From: Candidatus Multivoradales bacterium
GTDB taxonomy: Bacteria; Acidobacteriota; Thermoanaerobaculia; Multivoradales; JAHEKO01
Direction of reading: 5' to 3'
DNA: 25,632 nt
NCBI GenBank assembly: GCA_965223855.1
Contig: CBDCXM010000005.1
Span: 1 to 25,632, forward strand
The translations under genes and the position numbers were made by a program. Below, in pieces: positions 7,693 through 14,901 of this stretch. The notes under the pieces are model-generated. The model had not been told where the DNA came from. It saw nothing but the letters and a program-made list of their open reading frames with translations, and did not search any database. The first letter of the stretch is position 1; every line of letters begins with the position of its first letter.

Positions 7693-9579
7693 CTACGACA
7701 GCCATCGCTCGAACCAGGTCATGAGGAAGTAGAAACTCCACAAGCCGTGGATACCTTGTCCGCTGCCGGCTGAGGCCTGACGGCAAAGCTCACGAACCTC
7801 CTCGGCATTGAAGAGCCCCGTCTCGTCACAGAAACGATCGAGGCGGGAATCCACCTGCTCGAGGATGCTCGCACCAAACCACTCATTGAGGGGCACACAG
7901 AAGCCCATCTTCCGGCGATCGATCATCTGGCGCGGCATCAGGTCCGTGACTGCCGTCTTCAGAATGCTCTTGGGCACTCCGTGCTCGACCTTGAGATGCC
8001 CCGGAGTTCTCAGCCCCAGCTCCACCAGACGATGATCGAGGAACGGAACCCGAAGCTCGATCGATGCTGCCATTCCGAGACGATCTGCTCGATGCAGGTA
8101 GTAGCTCGGAACAATGTCGGTGATCCCCAGGAAGCTCATCCAATCGACTGCGCTTGGGGGATGCGACCAGGGTGCCTGAGAGTCGAACCGTGCACGGGCA
8201 TCTCGAATGCGAGCGCCCCTCTCTCGCTCAGCGATCGGTCGCCGCAGAATGCGGGTCAAGGCCGCCCCCTTGAGGCCACCTGCCCCTCCCCAGAAGAACT
8301 CGTCTCCGCTGGCCGCACGACGGAGAATCTCGCCCCAGCGTGAGCTCGGCGGGAGCGCTGCCGCGGCGGCAGGCAGGAGGGGCCGCAGTGGGTTCCATCG
8401 CGACGACAGACGCTCGAACCACGGGTAGGCGTTGCGGTAGGAAAGCCATCCTCGATAGCCGCAGAAAAGCTCGTCGGCACCGTCGCCGGTCAGAATGACC
8501 TTTGTGCCGCCCTCGCCCGCCAAGCGAGCCAGGAAGTAGATAGGAATGGACGTAGCATCTGCCAGGGGGTCGTCGAAGATCTCCGCAATGGTCGGGAGGA
8601 AGGCCTCGAGGTCCTCTTTCGAAACTACGCGTTCGTGGTGCTCGGCTCCAATCGCGTCGGCGATCGTTCGCGCGTACTCGCGCTCATCGTACGCAGGCTC
8701 GTCGAAACCGATCGTATAGGTCCGGAGCGGCGACGAAGATCGCGCGGCCATCAACGCAGCAACAGCACTCGAATCCACACCCCCACTCAGGAAAGCACCT
8801 ACGGGGACATCGCTCACCATTCTCAGGTCCACCGAGTCCTCGAGAGCAGTGCGGATGGCAACTTGGCAGTCATCCCTGGATCGTTCAGTCCCGATCGCCG
8901 GCCTCGGCTCCCAGAAAGGCTCGTACCTGACGATGCCCCTGTCGCTCACGACCATCAGATGCCCCGGGTGGAACTTGTGGATCCCTTCGAAGAGGGTCGC
9001 CGGCGCTGCCAACTTGTTGAAGGTCAAGAACTCAGCCAGCGCGTCGTGATTGAGCCGCGCCGAGACCCACGGCAGCTCTAGGAGCGCTCGCGGTTCGGAC
9101 CCGAACGCGAAAATGCCTCCGAGCGTCGAGTAGTAGAGGGGTTTGATGCCGATCCGGTCGCGAGCGAGGAGAAGTCGGCGGTGGGTCGCATCCCACCAGG
9201 CCAGACCGAACATGCCGTTGGCCTCCTGGAGAAAGGCCTCCCCCTTGGTCTCGAGGCCAGCCACCAGGACTTCGCTATCGCTTGCCGAGCGAAAGGGGTA
9301 CCCGCCAAGGCTCGCCCGGAGTGCGCGATAGTTGTAGATCTCGCCGTTGAGCATCAGCCGCGAACCATTGCGACCGGCCATGGGCTGTCGGCCGCGCTTC
9401 GACAGGTCGATGATGCTCAGTCGGCGGAATCCGAAGTGGACCCCGGCGTCGTGATCGCTCCAGCTGCTCTCGTCGTCGGGTCCGCGATGCGCCAGGGTCC
9501 GGACCATGGCACCGACCAGGGCGCGGCCGTCGCTGGGGAGCGTCGCAGAGAGGGCGTGAATCCCGCAGATTCCACACAT
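7693..9579 (-). CDS. asnB: Asparagine synthase (glutamine-hydrolysing)-like amidotransferase, probably glycan-amidating
   Basis: 628 aa. N-terminal MCGICG (Ntn Cys), HRGPD, RLSIIDL, NGEIYNY, ARDRIGIKPLYY, LSGGVDSS, GDGADELF.GY and E.RVPFLD. Confidence 0.95.
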   Translation of the reverse strand: MCGICGIHALSATLPSDGRALVGAMVRTLAHRGPDDESSWSDHDAGVHFGFRRLSIIDLSKRGRQPMAGRNGSRLMLNGEIYNYRALRASLGGYPFRSASDSEVLVAGLETKGEAFLQEANGMFGLAWWDATHRRLLLARDRIGIKPLYYSTLGGIFAFGSEPRALLELPWVSARLNHDALAEFLTFNKLAAPATLFEGIHKFHPGHLMVVSDRGIVRYEPFWEPRPAIGTERSRDDCQVAIRTALEDSVDLRMVSDVPVGAFLSGGVDSSAVAALMAARSSSPLRTYTIGFDEPAYDEREYARTIADAIGAEHHERVVSKEDLEAFLPTIAEIFDDPLADATSIPIYFLARLAGEGGTKVILTGDGADELFCGYRGWLSYRNAYPWFERLSSRWNPLRPLLPAAAAALPPSSRWGEILRRAASGDEFFWGGAGGLKGAALTRILRRPIAERERGARIRDARARFDSQAPWSHPPSAVDWMSFLGITDIVPSYYLHRADRLGMAASIELRVPFLDHRLVELGLRTPGHLKVEHGVPKSILKTAVTDLMPRQMIDRRKMGFCVPLNEWFGASILEQVDSRLDRFCDETGLFNAEEVRELCRQASAGSGQGIHGLWSFYFLMTWFERWLS

Positions 9580-9614
9580 GGTTCAGCGGCCCGGGTCTTT
9601 GGTACTCAGAGTGT

Positions 9615-10577
9615 TCACGCGGCGTTGAGACTGCTGGTAGGCGGAAGGAAGCCGGGCAGGCGCTCGGAGTGGGTCAGGCGCAGTCGCGACAGGAAAGCGG
9701 CCCGGTCGACCAGAATTCTCGAGGCGGTCTCGGTCTCGAACGGACAGGTCACGGCAAATCGATTGAATCGGTGCTGGAGACTGAAGTACCTGGGCCCGAG
9801 CCTGTGTAGCTGTCGTGGGAGTAGCAGACCGCGGCGCACAGCTGCCAGTTGCCGGCCTGTCGTGAGAGTGATGTTGCGCGACAATGCGGCCCTGCTGCCC
9901 GTCAGAAAGAAGCCATGTCGCGCGATGTTCCTCTCGACGAAACCAGGAAGCAGATCGGCGAGTCGCGCGATCGCCCGGTTCAACTCCTCGCCACTTGCAG
10001 GCCGGGCAAACCACCCACGGCGAAACGCCACGAGACGCTCCACCACATCACGCATCGGTCCCTGGCGTTCACCGAGGTAGTCGAGGTCGTAGAGGAGCGC
10101 CCTCAAATGAAGAAAGAGGCCGCGCAGCTTGAAAACGCCAAAGGCTCGCTGGACGGAGAGGTTGACGAACATCTGGACGAGATACTCGAGCGCAATCTGG
10201 CGCTCGAGCGCCGACGTGTCTTCAGCGGAGCGCTCAGGCTCTGCCACCACGCGGTCGCCCCACAGATGTCGGTAGTTGTGGAAGAGACTGAAGCGCAGAG
10301 CAGCCGCGACGTCGGTCGTCTCCACGCCGAACGGCGCGTGAGTGATGAGGTAGCGGTCCTCGGCAGGAACTCCGGCCAGAGGCGCCTCGGTACCACGGTA
10401 GGCACCTTCTACTACGACAAGGAAATCGAGATCGGAGATTCCGGCATCCGACACGCTGCCGAGCTGATAGATCGCGCGCACTCCCGGGACCCTGGACAGC
10501 CGCTCTACGAAGCGTTCGGTTACCGCAGCGTAGTCGGCAAGGGACCGCGGCCGTGGGACGTCGATGAAGGTATACAT
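9615..10577 (-). CDS. Hypothetical protein with an N-terminal nucleotidyltransferase (Pol-beta superfamily) motif
   Basis: Likely start ATG 10577 (MYTFID); the track start is 10604. AIYQLGSVSDAGISDLDFLVVV fits the hG[GS]x9-13DhDh signature. Confidence 0.72.
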   Translation of the reverse strand: MYTFIDVPRPRSLADYAAVTERFVERLSRVPGVRAIYQLGSVSDAGISDLDFLVVVEGAYRGTEAPLAGVPAEDRYLITHAPFGVETTDVAAALRFSLFHNYRHLWGDRVVAEPERSAEDTSALERQIALEYLVQMFVNLSVQRAFGVFKLRGLFLHLRALLYDLDYLGERQGPMRDVVERLVAFRRGWFARPASGEELNRAIARLADLLPGFVERNIARHGFFLTGSRAALSRNITLTTGRQLAAVRRGLLLPRQLHRLGPRYFSLQHRFNRFAVTCPFETETASRILVDRAAFLSRLRLTHSERLPGFLPPTSSLNAA

Positions 10578-10605
10578 GGCCGCAGCGCCGCTCGAGCGAC
10601 ACACG

Positions 10606-10652
10606 ATGATGGCACAGGCGGCCCTCCGTCCGTCGCGGGGGTCGGCTAGGAT
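10606..10652. promoter_or_regulatory. Candidate back-to-back promoters (-10-like boxes)
   Basis: Minus strand TG-C-CATCAT (10614-10606) and plus strand TAGGAT (10647-10652), in the only divergent intergenic region of the window. No clear -35 boxes. Confidence 0.3.
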
Positions 10653-10669
10653 GCGACCGATCGCTCTCG

Positions 10670-10706
10670 CCGGACTCGGAAGGCGTCAGAGACGCCGCGA
10701 GTCCGG
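10670..10706 (+). promoter_or_regulatory. Long GC-rich hairpin in the leader of the plus-strand nucleotidyltransferase gene
   Basis: CCGGACTCG-GAA-GGCGTC-AGA-GACGCC-G-CGAGTCCGG: 9-bp and 6-bp perfect stems, ending 12 nt before GTG 10719. Confidence 0.55.
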
Positions 10707-10718
10707 ACAGAAAAGCCC

Positions 10719-11771
10719 GTGGACGCTCCCGCCCCCCAGGATGACTTCCGTGCCCGCCTCACGAGCTACGTCAACGGCGGTCACCTCGCCTCTGGCGACC
10801 TGGCCATCTCGGCCGTTTCGCTGAGACTGTCGCGTCGAAGACACGAGGCCGCGATAAAGGCCGGATTCCTCCGGACGAGGGTGCCCGCCTCTCCGGACTG
10901 CGAGCCGCCGCGAGACGTTGTGCTGCCACCCTTCACCGACTCTCATCCAGCAGTCGACCGACTCGCGAGCAGGCTGCGAAGGTGCGACCACGGCCTGCGT
11001 GCCGCCATCGTCCACGGCAGCGTTGCCACGGGTGACGCGGTGGCCTACAGCGACTTCGACGCGCTGGTCGTCCTGCGGGACGAGCTTTTCTCCGAGCGCG
11101 GCAAGCTCGCCAGCACCGCTTATCACCTGACTCGAGCTCGGCGAGCCATGCTGCAGTTCGATCCACTCCAACACCACGGCTGGTTCGTGCTCACCGAGTC
11201 GGACCTCTCGAACTATCCCGAGGAGGTCCTCCCCATCGCTTCGCTCGAGCGCGGAAAGAGCCTTCTACGAGAGCCGTGCGTGCTGACAGTTTCGAGGCGC
11301 CCCTCGAAGGCTGCGGCCGGCTCGGCGCTCGACACTCTCGCTCGCGGACTCCTCTCCCAGTGTGCCCCGGCTTTCCGCCCCCGCGACCTCTACCGGGCGA
11401 AGAGCTTTCTCAGTCGCTTCATGCTCCTGCCTGCCCTGTATCTCCACGCCCGAGACGGAATCGGAATCTACAAGGGAGAGAGCTTTGCGGCCGCCACGAC
11501 CGACTTCCCTGCCGCTGAGTGGCGGGCCATGGATCGGGCTTCGGAGCTACGCCACGAGTGGAGCCAATCGCTGGCTGCCTGGCGGCGCACCCTGCTCACC
11601 GTCTCTCTGGTGGCACGCCCCATCTTTCTGCGACAGTGTCCGCCACCACTGTCTCCTGCCCTCGCGCGGCAACTCGACGGTGATTTCTACGACGGCGTCT
11701 CCGCGCTGATTCTCAGCATGCTGGATAGGGTCGCTCAGTCACCTCCTACCAAGGAAACACGCTCGCCGTGA
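10719..11771 (+). CDS. Nucleotidyltransferase-domain protein (Pol-beta superfamily), uncharacterised
   Basis: 350 aa. AAIVHGSVATGDAVAYSDFDALVV (GS...DxD), followed by DPLQHHGWFVL and a helical-looking C-terminal half. The start is uncertain. Confidence 0.78.
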   Translation: MDAPAPQDDFRARLTSYVNGGHLASGDLAISAVSLRLSRRRHEAAIKAGFLRTRVPASPDCEPPRDVVLPPFTDSHPAVDRLASRLRRCDHGLRAAIVHGSVATGDAVAYSDFDALVVLRDELFSERGKLASTAYHLTRARRAMLQFDPLQHHGWFVLTESDLSNYPEEVLPIASLERGKSLLREPCVLTVSRRPSKAAAGSALDTLARGLLSQCAPAFRPRDLYRAKSFLSRFMLLPALYLHARDGIGIYKGESFAAATTDFPAAEWRAMDRASELRHEWSQSLAAWRRTLLTVSLVARPIFLRQCPPPLSPALARQLDGDFYDGVSALILSMLDRVAQSPPTKETRSP

Positions 11772-11808
11772 CCGCCACGAGTCCAAGACAAGCCGAGGCT
11801 GATGCCTG

Positions 11809-12906
11809 ATGCGGGTCGTCCACGTGCTTTGGACGGCCGGCTTCGGCGGGATCGAGCGGCTGGTTCTCGACCTCGTGCGACACCAGAAGGCGCAGCCCGG
11901 GCTCGATCCGGGTGTTCTGTTCGGGCGTGGAGGCGGCGGCTTCGCCGGTGAGTTCCTCGAGCTCGAGGTACCGCTCCATCAGCTCGGCCTGCGTTCGGGG
12001 CTCGACATGCGGAGCCAGAAGCGCCGCACCGCGGCCGAGCATCTCGGCCGCTACGACATCGCCCATTTTCATTCCTTCAATCCGCTCGTCGCACGTGCGG
12101 CGGTGGCCTCGAGACCCAAGATCGTTTATACCGAGCATGGCAACTTCGGTTTCGGACGGCGCCGCAGGCTCAGCGATCGAGTCACCGACCACCTGCGGAG
12201 GAGGTTCCTCAATCGGCACGTGAGCTTCGTCACCTTCAACTCACACTTCACCCGCGGTGTCGCGGAACAGCGCTTCTCCCTGGCCTCCGTGAACCGTCAG
12301 GTGGTCTACAACGGAATCGATCAGGCGCCGCCTCCGCTCGAACCGAGGATCGCAGCCGAAGTCGAGGAGAGACTCGGTGATCGCTTCGTCGTCGGCACGG
12401 TATGTCGACTGGCCGGCTTCAAGCGTGTCGACCGTCTGCTAGACGCTTTCGCCGCCTTTTCCCACCGTGGGAAGAGCCTCCTACTGATCGTCGGCGACGG
12501 CCCGGAGCGCGGTCGTCTCGAGGAGCGGGCGGTGGCCCTCGGCATTGCCGAACAGACTCTCTTCGCCGGGTATCGCACCGGCATCCGCGCCTATCAGCGG
12601 CGAATGGACGTCTGCGTCTGCCCTTCGGCCGGCGAGCCGTTCGGACTGGTGGCGGTCGAGGCGCTGATGCTCGGCAAACCGGTCCTCGTGCTCGAGGATG
12701 GTGGAGGGTTGGTCGAGATCGTTGGCGGCGAGAACCCCGGCAACGTCGCTCACGACGTCTCTGCGCTGGCGGACCGCCTCGATCAGCTCTTCAGCTCCGA
12801 TCGCAAGGCGGGCGCCGAGTCTCGCAGGGAACGAGCGCGCCATTTCGAAGTCGGCAGAATGGCCGGCGAGTTCCACCAGATCTACGCGGGCCTCGTCTCA
12901 AGCTGA
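11809..12906 (+). CDS. Glycosyltransferase family 4 (GT-B)
   Basis: 365 aa. Motifs MRVVHV...GFGGIER, YTEHG, VVYNGID, CRL..FKR and PSAGEPFGLVAVEALMLGKPV. GAGG upstream. The 3' end overlaps the convergent methyltransferase by 9 nt. Confidence 0.93.
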   Translation: MRVVHVLWTAGFGGIERLVLDLVRHQKAQPGLDPGVLFGRGGGGFAGEFLELEVPLHQLGLRSGLDMRSQKRRTAAEHLGRYDIAHFHSFNPLVARAAVASRPKIVYTEHGNFGFGRRRRLSDRVTDHLRRRFLNRHVSFVTFNSHFTRGVAEQRFSLASVNRQVVYNGIDQAPPPLEPRIAAEVEERLGDRFVVGTVCRLAGFKRVDRLLDAFAAFSHRGKSLLLIVGDGPERGRLEERAVALGIAEQTLFAGYRTGIRAYQRRMDVCVCPSAGEPFGLVAVEALMLGKPVLVLEDGGGLVEIVGGENPGNVAHDVSALADRLDQLFSSDRKAGAESRRERARHFEVGRMAGEFHQIYAGLVSS

Positions 12907-13911
12907 CTCACCGGTCCCGCCCGGCCCCGATGCAGCCGGCTTGAGCGGCTCCGGCTTGAGGAGCATGAGCTCTCGTGTCGGTTTCTGAGAACGCACGATC
13001 CACCTGAGGAGCGCGGGAGGCACCCTGAGCCTCCCTGCCAGTCGGAGGAAGCGCCGAGCCACCGGGTGATTCACCCGCTCGGGATCTGAGATCTTGTCGA
13101 TACCCTCGGGATCGACTTCCCTTGCCCGAATCCCGCGATCCGCGATCCGGGCCTGACGGCGGACCGCCCGCGCTGGCGGCACCGTCGTCACCCACGCGTC
13201 GTGATGGACTCCGCGAAGTCTCAGGTATGGGGCCTGCAGCCAGCGCAGCCGACCCGTCAGGAACACGGCGCCGAAGAGCCCGTAGTGCTGATCGGCCCAG
13301 ATCTCGATCAGCGACGACCTGTTGGGCCACGCCAGGTAGATGCCACCAGCGGCCAACCTACGAACCAGCTCAGCCAAGAAGTTCCTCCAGTCCTCGACAT
13401 GCTCGAGCACCGCATTGCAGATGATGAAGTCGTACCGCGACTCGACAGGAAGACTCTCCAGGGGACGATCAACGATCTCGACGGGAAGGCCGGAATCGCT
13501 CACTCTCGTGTGAAGCCAGTCGAGCCGTTCCCGATCGAGTTCGAGAGCGGTGACCTCACAGCCGTGCTCCGCGAACGCAATCGCGTTTCCCCCTCCACCT
13601 GCCCCGACATCCAGAACTCGCTTGCCTTTCAGTGATCCGACAACACTCTCCATTCTCGTGACGAGCCGGCGGCCGTTGTCGATCCCGTTCAGGTTGTAGC
13701 GGAGCCACGCCAGGTACTTCTCATCGGAGAGCTCGTACTCCCGGCTCGCGAGCAGTCGTTCGACGAATCGGCGTTCCTTCGGGAACCGCTCGAGATGCCT
13801 CTTTGCTACGTCGTCGACCTTGCTCTCATCCGCCTGTACCGACCGCGCGTCACTTCGAGCTGAAATCGGTCGCCTCCCTTGACTCCTGGGCGGGAAAGAC
13901 CTGGTCATCAC
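12898..13911 (-). CDS. Class I SAM-dependent methyltransferase
   Basis: Motif I VLDVGAGGG, then ALELD, YDFIICNAVLEHV and GGIYLAWPNR. Start is GTG 13911 or ATG 13908, with GGAG upstream. Confidence 0.88.
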   Translation of the reverse strand: MMTRSFPPRSQGRRPISARSDARSVQADESKVDDVAKRHLERFPKERRFVERLLASREYELSDEKYLAWLRYNLNGIDNGRRLVTRMESVVGSLKGKRVLDVGAGGGGNAIAFAEHGCEVTALELDRERLDWLHTRVSDSGLPVEIVDRPLESLPVESRYDFIICNAVLEHVEDWRNFLAELVRRLAAGGIYLAWPNRSSLIEIWADQHYGLFGAVFLTGRLRWLQAPYLRLRGVHHDAWVTTVPPARAVRRQARIADRGIRAREVDPEGIDKISDPERVNHPVARRFLRLAGRLRVPPALLRWIVRSQKPTRELMLLKPEPLKPAASGPGGTGESA

Positions 13912-13974
13912 GCCGAAGATCTCCCAGTCCTTACGCCGGCTGTCAATGCTCCAATGCCTCCAGTCGCCGGGCGG

Positions 13975-14901
13975 GCCCTCTAGTCGGCTCCGAACTCGTA
14001 TCGGAACTCGCGAATCGGTGTGCCAGAGATCAAGCGCGCCTTCAGTATGTAGTTATGAGTCATGCCGGGCAGCTCAAAGGAGATCGTAGTGCTTGACCTG
14101 GGCCCTTCGCTCGGCAGGACGTGGCGCGAGAAGATGCCGGGCTGGCGTTCTCCTATGGCGTCCAACTCAACATCCTCGATCTCGCACTCGCAGCTGAGCG
14201 TAATGGTGAAAGCACCGAATCTCGCTCCGAAGGGCGGGACGACACATACCGACGCGACTTGACTATCGCTCTCGTACGCGAAGTGCCGCCACTTGGCCGC
14301 CAATTCTCTCGTTCTCTCCAGCTGTCTCTGAACGCTTGAGAGTCCGGTTCTTGCGTCGTCGAGATCTCTCCTGTGCTGTTCTTGAACAGCTTCGAGAGCA
14401 CGCTTCTCAGTCAACTCCAGGGAACCCAGACGGTCCCTCAGGCCGGTAGCCTCCAGTTCGAGATCCTTGAGGTCTTGGCGCAGATCTCGGTTCGCTTGGC
14501 GCAGACTCTCGACATCTCGCAAGCGGTCCTGACCTATTCTCGCTTCTGCCGACGCCGCTCGCACTTCAGCTTCCACTACTCGGTTCTTGGCCTCGGCGAG
14601 AATCCACCAACCCAGCCATAGCAACAGAGTCGAGAGTAGGACTCGACGGTACCTGGGCAGGTACGCCTCTAGGTTCTTGAATAGATGGCGCATCTTCCCG
14701 GAGTACCCGAGCACTGCCGGCAATGCGAAGGCTGTAGCTATCGCCCCTTCCCACCACGAGAGATGAGCCCACCAAGACCGGACACCCTCCTTGGCACACT
14801 CTGTCCAGAAGTTCACCGGCCACTATCTCTCAATCGCAAGGGACGAATGTGCCCCGCTACTTCCCCACCGTGGTAGCGAGCGGCTCTCGCCTCAGCCCTC
14901 T
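13975..14901. repeat. 7-bp direct repeat GCCCTCT (13975-13981 and 14895-14901) flanking the orphan gene
   Basis: Both copies were read directly from the sequence and are 920 bp apart. On the minus strand the match extends imperfectly: GCgGAggAGAGGGC vs GCcGActAGAGGGC. Confidence 0.5.
13980..14816 (-). CDS. Hypothetical membrane protein (two hydrophobic segments, coiled coil, beta-rich C-terminal domain)
   Basis: 278 aa; GTG start overlaps the wzy stop (GTGA). Hydrophobic stretches GAIATAFALPAVLGY and VLLSTLLLWLGWWIL, then a heptad-like E/R/L/Q-rich region. GC is lower than in the neighbours. No recognisable family. Confidence 0.65.
   Translation of the reverse strand: MNFWTECAKEGVRSWWAHLSWWEGAIATAFALPAVLGYSGKMRHLFKNLEAYLPRYRRVLLSTLLLWLGWWILAEAKNRVVEAEVRAASAEARIGQDRLRDVESLRQANRDLRQDLKDLELEATGLRDRLGSLELTEKRALEAVQEQHRRDLDDARTGLSSVQRQLERTRELAAKWRHFAYESDSQVASVCVVPPFGARFGAFTITLSCECEIEDVELDAIGERQPGIFSRHVLPSEGPRSSTTISFELPGMTHNYILKARLISGTPIREFRYEFGAD

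Noticed and set aside
9615-11771. Nucleotidyltransferases as an MNT-HEPN toxin-antitoxin pair or CBASS
   Set aside because: The proteins are much longer than minimal MNTs, and no HEPN, Cap effector or E1/E2/JAB gene is adjacent. The context is entirely glycan biosynthesis. Not formally excluded without a structure search.
10578-12960. Phase-variable invertible segment
   Set aside because: No matching inverted repeats found by eye at the two ends, and no recombinase in the window.
12936-12960. 10-nt direct repeat CCGGCTTGAG x2
   Set aside because: Encodes LKPEPLKP in a low-complexity methyltransferase tail; too short to interpret.
13941-13957. Perfect TTGACA on the minus strand with a GCATTG tandem upstream of the methyltransferase
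   Set aside because: No acceptable -10 at 16-18 nt spacing (GAGATC at 17), and the stretch is better explained as former coding sequence.
13975-14901. Integron cassette or IS element
   Set aside because: No attC-like GTTRRRY/RYYYAAC structure, terminal inverted repeats or transposase recognised.
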